This document shows positions 1 to 12,515 of a stretch of 64,000 bases of DNA, piece after piece. The stretch covers positions 141,486,001-141,550,000 of the forward strand of contig NC_086097.1 in NCBI RefSeq assembly GCF_963921235.1, read 5' to 3'. The notes under the pieces are model-generated. The model did no database searches, was not told the origin of the DNA, and was given only the letters and a program-made list of their open reading frames with translations. This DNA is from Mobula hypostoma. Its lineage: Eukaryota. Within the stretch, counting starts at the first letter, position 1, and every line of letters starts with the position of its first letter. A program made the translations under genes and the position numbers.

Positions 1-619
1 CTAGACCATTTTCAAACAGTGAAAATGAAATTCGGTGTCACTTAAACAAATTCTGAGAGGCGCTTTCCTTTAATGGGGCTGAGAGGCTGGCTCTTTAAAT
101 TTGAAAGAAGTAGCCCTGGAACCTGCTACTCTGGTGTACTGTACCACACTGTGGGAAGGATGTGATTGAACTGAAGGAGGGGCAGAGGAGGATCCCAGTG
201 GACCTGGGATGGAGCATCACAGTTTATGAGGATATGCTGATTTACTGCTTTGTAAATGAGAAGCTGAAGATTGAGGTATACAAAATTATAAGGGGCGTAG
301 ATAGGGTAAATAATGAGAAATTGTTCCCCTAGCTGATTTATAACTACGGATTATAAAGGATGAGAGATTTGAGGAAGAATGTTTTTCACCTAAATAATGG
401 CTGAACTGTCTGCAAATGTAATGGTGTCAGGAAACGTAGAGGAGGTTTGACCAAAACATAGGGCAGCAGAGACAATTTAGCAATGAGTAGTCACATCAAT
501 AATAAACTACAAAATAACAGGCCACAAAACAGATAGAAGATGCTTAACATGACAAGGTAACTGAAGGCTTGGAGCAACTGTTGAAAGTTGGCTGGCTTGA
601 TGGGTGAACAAAATATTGT

Positions 620-727
620 CTGTGTCTGTGTCTTGTTCTACGGCGGTTGGCACCCAGTTTAATGGTGCATTACCGCCACCTTCTGTTCCGGAGTGTGCAA
701 TAGACGTACATTCTAAATCCCTTCGCC

Positions 728-794
<67 letters not shown>

Positions 795-1750
795 GCACAC
801 TTTATCCTCCAATCTTTGGCCATCCTAGTACCCTATTCCTGTTTATCCGTCATAACCTATAAAAAAAACCCTGTACCTCTTAAGAGAGCTAAAAATACCC
901 TAACCTGTGCTCTCTCACCCATGCCCAGCAACCGTTTGAATGTGAATTCCTGCACCCCCAATTCCCTTAGTTTAATTCTCATCATCTCTCTCTGTATCCC
1001 ATTCTTGCTGCAACTCAGAACTACATGTTGTACTGTCTCCTCTTCCTGACAGTCCTCACACAATCCTGTCTGGTGTTTCCCTATCATTTTCAATGTTTTG
1101 TTTAATGCATAGTGTCCCAGCCTTAACCTAGCCCACACAGTTTCCTCTCTTCTGTTTCCACTACCTACCCTGGTACCTGCAACACTTTTTTGTATTTGAT
1201 ATAAATGCCTCCCTTTCCCCTTCCTGTCCCATCTTTCTTGCCACATTTGGTTGATTTTTTCCCAGATTACACACTTAACCTCTGCTTTACTGATACTAAT
1301 GTGCATTTCTATGTTTTCTTTCTTTAACGCCCTCTTTGCAAACTCATCCACCCTCTCATTCTCTTTCACCCCTACATGTGCTGGAACCCATAGAAATTTT
1401 ACCTGACCTCCCTGATTTGCAATTCTTGCAACTGACTGAAGGTCTTCATAAAGTACATCTTGCTGACTGTTTGTGTGAAAAGACCTTAAACTTGCTAGAA
1501 CTGAGGCTGAATCTGAGCATATCAATGCTTTGATTTGTCTGGCTTTCAGCACCCATTGCAACGCAACCAACACTGCCAGCACCTCCACTGTAAACACCCC
1601 TAACTTATTATATGTTCTTCTGCTCATTCCAATTTCTTTTGCTGGTATAACCACCCCAAACCCTGTCACTCCTGTTTCAGGTTCCTTCGCACCATCCGTA
1701 TAAATGTGAGTATAATCACTATACTTTTCCATCACTTGACAGTTAAATGC
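620..1750 (-). mobile_element. 5'-truncated I-group (Nimb-like) non-LTR retrotransposon: RNase H + C-terminal CCHC-like region + 3' UTR
   Basis: ORF 857..1837 has RNase H motifs (IYTDGAK, CSDSASVL, WVPAHVGVKENERVDE) and C..C...ETVQHVVLSC. 3' UTR ends in a hairpin and short (GACACA)n-type tail. A 14-bp direct repeat GAACAAAATATTGT at 606-619 and 1751-1764 is the TSD. Confidence 0.85.
731..799. repeat. (TC)n(CA)n compound microsatellite in the Nimb-like 3' UTR
   Basis: Read directly from the sequence. Confidence 0.97.
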
Positions 1751-2602
1751 GAACAAAATATTGTGGATGAGAGCAGGTGATGAGTTGAAAAGTGGCACGT
1801 GACTCCTATTAGCAGGGCAGAGACTAGGAGGTGCCAATTTGTGCAGGTCTGACAGATGGAGGCGGACACTGTGACAACAATTAACAAAAACAAATTAATT
1901 TAACTTTTATTCAGTGAGCATCTGAAAACACCATGGTGCAGAAAGCTCTAACCAAACGTAGATAGATGCCCAAGTGAGCAGCATTTGGGTTGGGGGGAGG
2001 AACTGTTGACATATTGGATCAAAACTCTGCAGATTGTTTGTTGCTCCAGATATCAATATCTGCTGTCCCTTGTATCTCCTTAGATTGGAAACAGATAGCC
2101 AAAAGGCATTTTTCCATGCTGTATGAATCTATGATGTTAAGGTCATAGATGTGAACACTGTTGAGTACGTTCAAGACTAAAATCAATAGGTCTTTGGAGG
2201 ATATGGAAATTGATCAGCAGGTGGATTTGAGATAGTGGGTAATAATATTATTAAACCACTGCGCAAAGAGCAATGTGGTCATGCAGGCAGAGTTTAGGAG
2301 GCTTGGGAAGAAGTTAAAAAGGAGGACTTTGTAGTGAGTAATCTCTGGATTACTACCAGTGCCACGTGAAAACGAAGCAAATGAATGCTGAAGATGTGAT
2401 GTAAAAGGTTAGACAATTCCTGAGGAATTGGAATCATTTCTGAGGGAGGAGGTACATCAAAATGGATTGCACCCCAACAGAAACAGGACCAATGTCCTTG
2501 CAGCAAGTAGAGTAAGGAAAAATTACAAGCTGTAACTAAAGGTAACAAAATTAATACAAGTTGTAAAAACACAGTTGAAATTAAATTAAGTCAGCACAAA
2601 TA

Positions 2603-2790
2603 TTCCTGTGTGTGCATGGTTTCCTCTGGGTGCTCCAGTTTCCACCCCCAGTCCAAAGGTGTATCAGTCAGTAGGTCAATTGGTCATTGTGTATTGCCCT
2701 GTGTAGCTTAGTGTTAAACAGGTGGATTGCTGGGACAGCTCGTTGGGACAGTGCAGCCTGTTCCGTGCTGTATTTCAAAATAAATAAAAA
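2603..2790 (+). mobile_element. Partial V-SINE/HE1-like SINE
   Basis: GGTTTCCTCTGGGTGCTCCAGTTTCC core, shares text with the copy at ~54 kb, A-rich tail. Confidence 0.6.
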
Positions 2791-3999
2791 ATATATACAA
2801 TGAAAGTGAAAATGTATTAAGATACAGTTTAGAGAGCTGGATCTGTTCTATAGGCCAACCATGTGAGAAGGAATGGAGTAGCAAAATTAGAGAAATGGAA
2901 AAGCAAGTTTTAATGGGTGGCTTTATTAAAGAGGGTGAAGAGTTTCTAAAATGTGTTGAGGGTAAGTAATGTGTTCAGGATAATTTTCCAGCACAGTATG
3001 TTTTTGGTACAACAAGGAAGGAGGCATTTCTGGATCTGGTTCTAGGGAGTGAGGTAGAGCAAGTACACTGTTTCATTACAGGAACATTTAGAAGATAATA
3101 ATCATATCATTATATTTTTTGGTGAGCTATGGAAAAGGAATAAAGGTGGTCCAAAATAAAAAAAATAATTGGAGGGAGACTAATTTCAATGGAATGAGAG
3201 ACAAAACTGTAACAAAACATTGCCTTTAAGAAGGAGATGGTTTGGGAATAGTTGAAGGTCATTCCCATGAGAAAAAAAGGTAAAACAAACAAATTCAAAG
3301 CTCCTTGGATAATGTGGTAAGTAGTTGTTGTTCGGATGAGAGGCAGGTGAACCATGTCCTTCCCCTGGGATTGGTGTCTATATTAGTGACTTAGACCTGT
3401 GGAATCAAGCCACGTTTGCTGATGGTATTGCATTATGTACTGTGAAAAGAATGATAGATTACAGCAGGATATAGACAGGCAATTGAACTGGATAGAGGCT
3501 TGGGAAATGATGTTTAATGTGAAGAAATTATCGGTGATGCTTTTACAATGAGAATGAGAAGAGGCAATATAGAATCAGAGTTAACCAACACAGATACATA
3601 CCCATCAGCCCAATTTGCCCATGCCCGCTAAGGTGCCTTCCTTAGCTAGTCCATGTACTTGCATTTGGACCTTTCATATCCAAATATATTTTGGACTTCA
3701 TAATTGTACACACTTTTAACATTTACACTGACCTCTAGTTCTATGTATCCACCAGCCTCTGCCCTTCAAGTCCCTCCAAGTCTTTCCCCTCTCACCTTGA
3801 ACCAGAGGTTCCCAACCTGAGGTCCACAATAACCCTTGCTTAGTGGTATTGGTCCATGGCATAGAAAAAGGTTGGGAACTGCTGCCTTAAACCCACGCTC
3901 TCCAGTTTTAAACCTCCCTACTCTGGGGAAAAGGACTGTAAGTATACATCTTATCTATTCCCTTCATGATTGTAGAAATGTCTTTAAGGCCACATCTCA

Positions 4000-4787
4000 G
4001 GCTACGTCCACACTAGACCGGATAAATCTGTAACTAAAGATTTTCTCTTCGTTTTCACCCTCCATCCATACTGAAATGGTGTTTTCCTCCCCCAGAAATG
4101 GAGCTTTTCTAAAATGCTCTGCAGAGTGTTTAAATCTGAAAATGCCGGTTGGGTGTTATAGTGTGTACGGGGTAAAGGGAGGTTTTAAAAAACCTGTCGT
4201 CCTTTTCATCGGTGAAGAGACTATGGCTGTAGGAAATGTTTCTAGGGTGACCCCTCTGTGGGAGTGGGGAAGATGTTGGTGGGTCCACCCGGGGGTCTGT
4301 GTGTCCATATGTGTAGCTATTGTAGCTGCTGTGAGGCTGGTATTGTGGTGGTGAAAAGTACTGGGGGGGGGGGGAGCCATCATATTCCTCATCATTGCAA
4401 ATCCCTCTGCAATAGAGTTAGTCAGTTTTTCAATGTTTGTTGTCAGCCGGGTCATACTGTCCGTGAACTCCCTGTCGGTTGCCTCCATACGCTCCAGTAT
4501 TTGTTTTTTTAGTTTTAAGTCCTCCTGCACGAGCGCCAACAGCTGTCCATCATTTGGCAATTTCCTTTTAAGTTTTTCCGGTCTGTAACTGGACAAACGT
4601 GCACCAAGTAGTCCTCTTCGCTTGTTTTCTGTAGATGTGTCCTGCGCATGCCCAGTAGGAGGAGATTCGCCCAGATACCCGTTTTAATGTGGATGGAGGT
4701 ATTTTCAAAAACGCCTGGTGTGGACGCCTATTGTTTTTACATGAAACCGGCGTTTTCAAAATTATCCGGTCTGGTGTGGACATAGCC
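4000..4787 (-). mobile_element. Non-autonomous PIF/Harbinger DNA transposon carrying a coding fragment
   Basis: 26-bp TIRs GGCTACGTCCACACTAGACCGGATAA / GGCTATGTCCACACCAGACCGGATAA (2 mismatches). 3-bp TSD TCA at 3997-3999 and 4788-4790. Internal ORF 4156..4596. Interrupts an older CR1 fragment. Confidence 0.85.
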
Positions 4788-6110
4788 TCAGTCTCCTTCA
4801 CTCTCGTGAAAGCAGACCCAGCACGCCAGCCATAACCCAAGCCCTCCATTTCTGGCAATATCCTAGTGAAATTCTCCTGCACCCTCTCCAGCTTAATCAC
4901 ATGCTCACTGTAGTACGGCTATCAGAACCGTACATAAAATGATAGATATTAAGGAGGTGCAGAAGCAATGGGAATTTCACTATGTGTGCACAAATCCCTG
5001 GAAGTGGCAGGACAGGTTGATAAAGCATTAATAAATCACTCACAATTCTGGACTTTATCAGTAGAGTCATATAAAGGCAGATAAGAACATACAGTATACC
5101 ATAAAAACAAAGATAATATAAAAGTAGAGAATCCACACTGAACAGCATCTGAAGTAATATGTTCATTTTTGGCTGCTTTCATTATGGGGAGGATGAGAAA
5201 TCACAGGAGAGGGTCTTAGAGTCGTACAGTAGAGAAACTAGCTCTTCAGCCCAACTGGTCCATGCTGACCAAGACTCCAATCTAAGTTGGTCCCTTCTAG
5301 CTGTGTTTGGTCCATATGCCTCTAAACCTTTCTAGGGAGGGTCCTGAAAAAATTGTGGGAATGGTTGATGGACTAAAGGACTTCACTAAAAAGGATAAAT
5401 TTGAGAATCTGGGTCTACTTTTGTTGGATCAAGTACTAAAGGTTACATGCATAAAATAAAAATAGAAGATTTTTTTTTCCACTAGTGGTGCCCCACAACA
5501 GTTTGTGCTTGGGCCCTCGCTGTTCATGCCTGAATAAATTGGATTTGAATATGAGAGGCATGGTCATTAAGTAGCAGATGGCATGAAGATTGGTGGAGTT
5601 GTTGATAGTGTGGAAAGTTGTCTCAGGCTGACCAGAGATGTTAGTGTGTTTGTGGAATGGACTGAAAAATAGCAGATGGAGTTTAATCAATTCTCATAAA
5701 ATCGGTGTACAGATGAATCTGAGCTGATGCATTTTGGAAGCACCAATGAGGCTAGGATACACATCATCAATGGTAGCACATTAGGGAGTATTGACAAACA
5801 GAAGGACCTTGAAGTACAAGTCCACGTATCTTTGAAGATGGCAATGTAGGTAGATAACATGGAGAGAAAGGGACATGGGATACCGGTCTTCATTGTTTGG
5901 GGCACTGAATACAGAAGTAAGGAGGCTAAGCATCAAATCTATAAAACCTTGGTTGGACCTGAGCAGGAGAACTGCCTGCGGTCTGATTACCAAGATGTGG
6001 AAGGGTGTTCCTGTGCCATATGACTGATTCGATGAGCACACCTTTATTCCCAGCTGTTGCTGGCATCTGAAATGCACTATCTTTAGACGTAGTGGTAGAA
6101 GGTCCAATAG

Positions 6111-8530
6111 AACCATAGAACACTACAGCACAGAAAACAGGCCATTCAGCCCTTTTAGTCTGTGCCGAAACTTTATTCTGCTAGTCCCATTAACTTGCAC
6201 CCAGTCCATAACCCTCCAGACCTCTCCCATTAATGTATTTATCCAATTTATTCTTAAAACTTAAGAGTGAGCCCTGCACAGCCAATTTCAAATCCAGTTT
6301 GCAACCTCTCCATGCATACCTAGTGTCTGAACCTTCTGAACTAACCTCCCATGTGGGACCTTGTCAAAGGCCTTACTAAAGTCCATGTAGACAACATCCA
6401 CAGCCTTTCCTTCATCTACTTTCTTGGTAACCTCCTCGAAAAACTCTACAAGATTCATCAAACACGATCTACCATGCACAAAGCTATGCTGACTATCCTT
6501 AATCAGCCCTTGGCTGTCCAAATACTTGTATATCCAATCTCTCAGAACACCTTCCAATAATTTACCTACTACTGATGTCAGGCTCACCAGCCTGTAATTA
6601 CCTGGTTTACTTCTGGAGCCTTTTGTAAACAATAGAACAACATGAGCTACCCTCCAATCGTCCAGCACCGCACCCGTGGCTAAGGACATTTTAAATATTT
6701 CTGCCATGGCCCCTGCAATCTCTACACTAGTCTCTCTCAAGGTCCGAGGGAATATCATGTCAGGCCTGGGGGATTTATTTACCTTTATTCGCTGTAAGGC
6801 AGCAAACACCTCCTCCTCTTTAATCTCTTTCTGTTCCATGACACTACTGCTTATTTCCCTTCCTTCCATATATGCTATGCCAGTTTCCTGAGTAAATACA
6901 GATGTAAAAAAAAACTGCTTAAAAACCCCCATCTCATGAGGCTCCACACATAGACAACCACTCTGATCTTCTAGGAGACCAATTTCGAACCTTACTATCC
7001 TTTTACTTTTAATATACTTGTAGAAACCCTTCGGATTTACCTTCACATTATCTGCCAAAGCAACCTCATGTCTTCTTTTTGCCTTCCTGATTTCCTTCTT
7101 TAGTATTTTCTTACATTTTCTATACTCTTCAAGTACCTCATTTGTTCCTTATTGCCTATACTTGCTATACACCTCTCTCATTTTCTTAACCAGATCACCA
7201 GTATTCCTTGAAAACCAAGGTTCTCTATGCTTGTTAACTTTACCTTTAATCCTGGCAGGAACATGCAAACTCTGCACACTCAGAATTTCGCCTTTTGCTG
7301 ATGACAATAAGATTGGAGGTGTTGTGGACAGAGAGGAAGGCTTTCAAAGCTTGCAGAGGGGTCTGGACCAACTGGAAAAATGGGCCAGAAAATGGCAGAT
7401 GGAATTTAATGCAGACCAGTGTCAGGTGTTGCATTTTGGAAGGTCAAATCAAGGTAGAACATACACAGTAAATGGTAGGGCACTGAGAAGTGCAGAGGAA
7501 CAAAGGGATCTGGGAGTTCAGATACATAATCCCCTGAAAGTGGCGCCACAGGTAGGCAGGGTTGTAAAGAAGGCTTTTGGCATCCTGGCATTCATAAATC
7601 AAAGTATTGAATATAGGAGTTGGGATGTTATGGGGAGGTTGTATAAGACATTAGTGAGGCCAAATTTGGAGTATTGTGTGCAGTTCTGGTCACCTAACTA
7701 TAGGAAGGATATCAGTAATTGATTGAAAGAGTGCAGAGAAGATTTATTAGGATGTTGCCGGGTCTTCAGGAGTTGAGTTACAGGGGAAGATTGAACAGGT
7801 TAAGACTTTATTCCTTGGAGTGTAGAAGAATGAGGGGGGATTTGATAGAGGTTTCCAAAATTATGAGGGGTATAGACAGAGTAAATGTGAGTAGGCTCTT
7901 TCCACCTAGACTAGGAGAGATAAATATGAGAGGACATGGCTTTAGGGTGAAAGGCGAAAGGTTTAGGGGGAACATTAGGGGGAACTTCAGGGGGAACTTC
8001 TTCACTCAGAGAGTGGTGGGAGTGTGGAACGAGCGGCCATCTGCCGTGGTAAATGTGGGCTCACTCCTTCCACTTACCGAGCACATCCTTGCCAGAAAAC
8101 AACTTATCCAAATCTGCTCTTCCTTGATCCTTTCTCATTTCCACAAAATTGGCCCTTCTCCAATTTAGAACCTCAACTCGAGGACCAGACCCGTCCTCAT
8201 CTATAATTAACATGAAACTAACGACATTATGGTCACTGGACCCAAAATGTTCGCCTACACATACTTCTGTTGCCTGACCTGTCTGGTTCCCTAATAGGAG
8301 ATCAAGAATTGCATCCTCTCTCATAGGTACCTCTATATATTGATCTAGAAAACTTTCCTGAACACATCCCTCCCCCTCGATCACATCTGAAACAACGGAA
8401 CCCCAGAACATTAAGCTGCCAGTCCTGCCCCTCCTGCAACCAAGTCTCACTAATAGCAATAATGTCATAATCCCACGTGCCAATCCATGCCCTAAACTCA
8501 TCTGCCTTACCTACAATACTCCTTGCAGTA
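6111..8530 (-). mobile_element. Rearranged CR1 LINE with an internally inverted RT C-terminal block (~7295-8067, + strand)
   Basis: ORFs 8061..8501 (endonuclease end, SSDHN), 6288..7058 (RT N-half, [13 protein letters not shown]), 7162..7722 and 7719..8168 (FADD onward, opposite strand). CR1-type 3' tail at ~6111. Confidence 0.85.
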
Positions 8531-9825
8531 TCTTAAATCTAAATAATTCATCAGGTAACATAAGGTGGGAATGGGATATAGTGAGGAGTTTGTTTACCTT
8601 CAAGAGATCAAGAAAGCCAAACGTGGGTTGGTGAGGAATTTATCAACAGTTTTCTTTATTCCTGGTTGGTTCATTTCACAGGTAAAACATCTTTGAAACC
8701 ATTCCTCCAATTGGTGACATTATCACCCTAATCAGCAACTTTATGCAACCCTTGTGTAAAGAATTGTTGCCAGTTAGCTAAGATGGGCAGTGTCCAATGT
8801 GGCCTTTTAGGGGAAAATGGATATGTGTATATGTTGGAGAAAAATGTGCAAAGCCATAGAGAATAGACTGGTGTGTGGAACTAGAAATTTGTTCTGTTAG
8901 AAGGCCAGTGCCGACATGCTGGCCTGAATGGCTTCTTTCTCGGTTGTATCCATTCTTCGATCATACAGCAGAGCTGACCAAAGGAGCCAAATTACTCCCT
9001 TTTTATATTTTTACATTTTAGTCATATTGGAATCAGAATTAGTTCATTATTGTCCCATGCACTGAGATGGAGTGAAAAACTTGTGTTTGGTGCTAATTTA
9101 GTTGGAAACAATACCCGTGACACACTTCAACTATCTTCTGTGCTGGAGGATTCCACAGATTGACCACTCCATGGAGAGGAGATGTCTCCTTTCTCAATTT
9201 GAAATGGTCTGCCCCATATACTTAGACTGATCACTGATTCCATTCTTCCCCACCATCAAGAACATCTTTCCTGCATCAAATCTGTTCAGTGATGTTAGGG
9301 TTTTAAAATTCCTCTGAGATCTCCTTTCATTTTTCTAACCTGGGAAAAATACAACTCAAACCAATCTCTTTTTAAAACGTTAGTTCTGCCATCCCAGAAT
9401 TGCTCTGGCAAATCCTAGTTGCAGTCCCTCATTCTTCAAGATTGCATACAGTATTCTGGGTATGGTGCCATCAAGGTCTGTTTAATCTTATTAAGATTTC
9501 CTTCATCCTGTACATTTCCTTTTGCTTTGAAGACTAGTATATCATTTGCCACCTTAACTTCCCACTGAATCTAATTACTTACATAATCAACTGGTGTACA
9601 AGGTCTCACCCCTCCCCCTTCTGACATCTTGCCACTAAGGTAGTAGAATTATGGAATCACAGAAACCAGACTCTTCAGTCCAACTTGCCTACGCCTGCAA
9701 TATCTATCTGTTTTAATCCCATTTGGCTGCATTAGGCAATATCTCACTACATCTAACTAAGTACCTGCCTTTTAAACATTGTAATTTTATCCCCATCTCT
9801 GTGTCCTCCGGCAGTGTACTCCAGA

Positions 9826-10953
9826 TAATCAGAATCAGGTTTAATATCACTGGTATATGTCATGGAAGTTGTTGTTATGTGGGAGCAGTACATCGTAATA
9901 TATAATAAAAACTGTAAATTACAGTAAGTGTACAGTGTATATATATTTTTTTAAGTTAAATTAAATAAGTAGTGCAAGACAGGGAAAAAGTAGTGGGATA
10001 GTGTTCATGGGTTCACTGTCCATTCTGAAATCTGATAACAGAGGGAAAGAAGCTCGTCCTGAATTGTTGAGTGTGTGCCTTCAGGCTCCTTCGCCTCCTC
10101 CCTGAAGGTAGCAATGAGGAGAGGGCATGTCCTGGGTAGTGGGGATCCTTAATGATGGACGCTGCCTTTTTCTGAGGCATCACACCTTGGAAGTGTCCTG
10201 GATGTTAATAAGGCTAGATGGAGCTGACTGCGCTTACAACTCTCTGTAGCTCATTCGATTCTGTGCAGGGCTTGTCCCCCAGCCCATACTAGATGGTGAT
10301 GCAGCCTGTTAGAATGCTCTGTAAGGTACATCTACAGAAATTGGTGAGTGTCTTTGCTGACGTATCCATTCTCCTCAAACTCCTAATGAAATATAGCCAC
10401 TGTCGTGCCTTCTTTGTAACTGCATCGATATGTTAAGCCCAGGATACATCCTCAGAGATATTGACCCAAGAACTACAAATTGCTCACCCTTTCTACTTCT
10501 GGTCCCTCAATGAGGACCGGTGTGCACTCCCTCATCTTACCCTTTCTGAAGTCCACAATCAATTCTTTGGTCTTGCTGACACTGAATGCAAAGTTGTTGC
10601 TGCCACACCACTCAACCAACAGATACATCTCACTCATGTAAGCCTCCCTGTCACCATCTGAAATTCTGCCAACAATAGTTGTGTCATCAGCATATTTATA
10701 GATGGCATTTGACCTGTGCCCAGCCACACAGTCATGGGTGTAGAGAGAGTAGAGCAGTGGGCTGATCACGCATCCTTGAGGTGAGCATTGTTGATAATCA
10801 GCAAGGTGGGGAGATATTATTTCTGATCCGCACAGACTGTGGTATTCCATTGAGGAAGCAGAGGATCCAGTTGCAGAGGAAGATACAGAGGCCCAGATTT
10901 TGGTGCTTTTTGATCAGAACTGTAGGACTGATTGTGTTAAACACTGAGCTGTA
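9826..10953 (-). mobile_element. Rex1/Babar-like LINE, 3' part
   Basis: PQGCVISPLLYSLYTHDC and IYKYADDTTIVGRIS in ORF 10473..10850; (TTCTGA)n-type tail at ~9826. Confidence 0.8.
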
Positions 10954-11399
10954 GTTAACCCACTGACCTTGTGTGTGGAAAAACTTACCATCAGATTTAC
11001 TTGGAATTTTCTCCCCTTTCGTCTTAAACTCTTTCATGTTAGACTTTCCCCACATCAGGAAAAGGCCTCTGGCTATCTTATCCATGCTCCTCGAGAAGGT
11101 CATCATCTTTTATGGTAGATTTAATTTCGGAATGTATCTTGAAATACGTATATGGCGTTCTGGTCCGACACCTCCTGTGGTAAGAATTTAAGATTGATTT
11201 TACCCAATCCAAATTTCTCAACTTTGAATCCTAAACATCTATAACATAGTCTATCGATGGAAGTTGGATTGCTGCATCAGACATAGTTGGGCTACATTTA
11301 ATTTTTTTGGCGGTATAATATTTACATCTGTATCATAGGACAATAAAATTTAAAAGCATTAAAAGCAGATAGAGATTATGTTAAAAAGACATATTAGAA

Positions 11400-11681
11400 T
11401 GAACACGCCATTCTGTAGCTCACTGGACGCCGGACCCATTGGCATAATTTCCACGGGCGTGTTTTCAGTTAACCTGATAGCTCCCGAGGGTCCCGGGTTG
11501 ACGGCAGGACCTCCTTTCACTCATTGTCAAGTTCACCGCCAGCCTTCAATTGGTTGCTCCACTTAAATGCAAGCAATAGAATTATCATCCCCACCTACCT
11601 GAACCGATGTGTTTTTTAGCTTTAACACAAGACGGTATATATACCGTGTTAGAGCTGGTCAGTTGATCGGCGCTTTGCAAG
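11400..11681 (+). promoter_or_regulatory. SFRP4: Putative SFRP4 promoter/5' UTR at the start of a CpG-enriched region
   Basis: Repeat-free and visibly CpG-enriched relative to flanks, extending to ~12900. Reverse CCAAT (ATTGG) near 11438 and 11549. TATATATA at 11636-11643. Confidence 0.55.
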
Positions 11682-12123
11682 ATGTTACCAGTGATTGCTG
11701 CAATCTGCCTTTGGCTTGGCGCACGAGTCTTCGTGCAGGGAGCACTCTGCGAGCCGATTAAGATCCCGATGTGCAAAGCAATGCCCTGGAATATCACGCG
11801 AATGCCCAACCATCTACACCACAGCACCCAGGAGAATGCTATTCTGGCTATAGAGCAGTACGAGGATTTAGCGGACACCAGCTGCAGCCCGGTGCTGCCC
11901 TTCTTCCTCTGTGCGATGTACGCACCCATCTGCACTTTTGAATTCCTGCACGATCCCATCAAACCATGTAAATCCGTTTGCCAGAGTGCAAGAAATGGTT
12001 GCGAGCCTATTTTGAAAAGGTACAACCACAGCTGGCCCGAGAGTCTGGCATGCAGCGACTTACCCGTGTACGACCGAGGGGTCTGCATCGCTCCCGAGGC
12101 AATTGTCACCGATTTATCCGAGG
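11682..12123 (+). CDS. SFRP4: Secreted frizzled-related protein 4, exon 1 (signal peptide + frizzled CRD)
   Basis: [12 protein letters not shown]...[27 protein letters not shown]...[21 protein letters not shown] closely matches SFRP4. Donor G|GTGAGA, 442 nt, phase 1. Confidence 0.97.
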
Positions 12124-12443
12124 GTGAGATATCAAATATTCCAGGTTTTTACTGAAGAGCTTTATAAGTACTTAAAACAGAATATCTACACCCCATCAAC
12201 AACATATTAAAATCTGGTTCTCTTCCCATTTAAACCGTGAAAATGTTATTTCAAATAAAACCTAAGTAAAAAGAAAATATTACAAATTCCATCAGAAAAA
12301 AATCGTGATAACTTTTTACTAGTATTCATCAATTACAAATATCGCTGGTATGTCAAGGGTTTATTGTACCTTGTATTTAACTAAATGTGGAGACGGCAAT
12401 GCATGTAATAAATTCAACCTCGCGCTCTTATTTCCGCCCCCAG

Positions 12444-12515
12444 ATGCAAAGTGGATGGAATTCACCGGGGATGTGGTTGTCCCGAAAGCTTCTGAGTGTA
12501 AGAGTTGGAATTCAA
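12444..12515 (+). CDS. SFRP4: SFRP4 exon 2 (linker)
   Basis: Acceptor CCCCCAG|, (D)AKWMEFTGDVVVPKASECKSWNS, donor A|GTGAGT, 72 nt; resembles DVKWIDITPD...DCKRLS. Confidence 0.88.

Noticed and set aside
604..828. ORF with SLSLSL/HTHT repeats
   Set aside because: Translation of a microsatellite on the antisense strand of a LINE 3' UTR.
11585..12109. 174-aa ORF antisense to SFRP4 exon 1
   Set aside because: Expected shadow ORF of GC-rich coding sequence; no recognisable motifs.
11682..12155. FRZB/SFRP3 or a single-exon frizzled fragment
   Set aside because: EAIVTDL-DAKW linker, CLVEKWRDQ and the NME8 neighbour fit SFRP4; the ORF beyond 12123 is intron.
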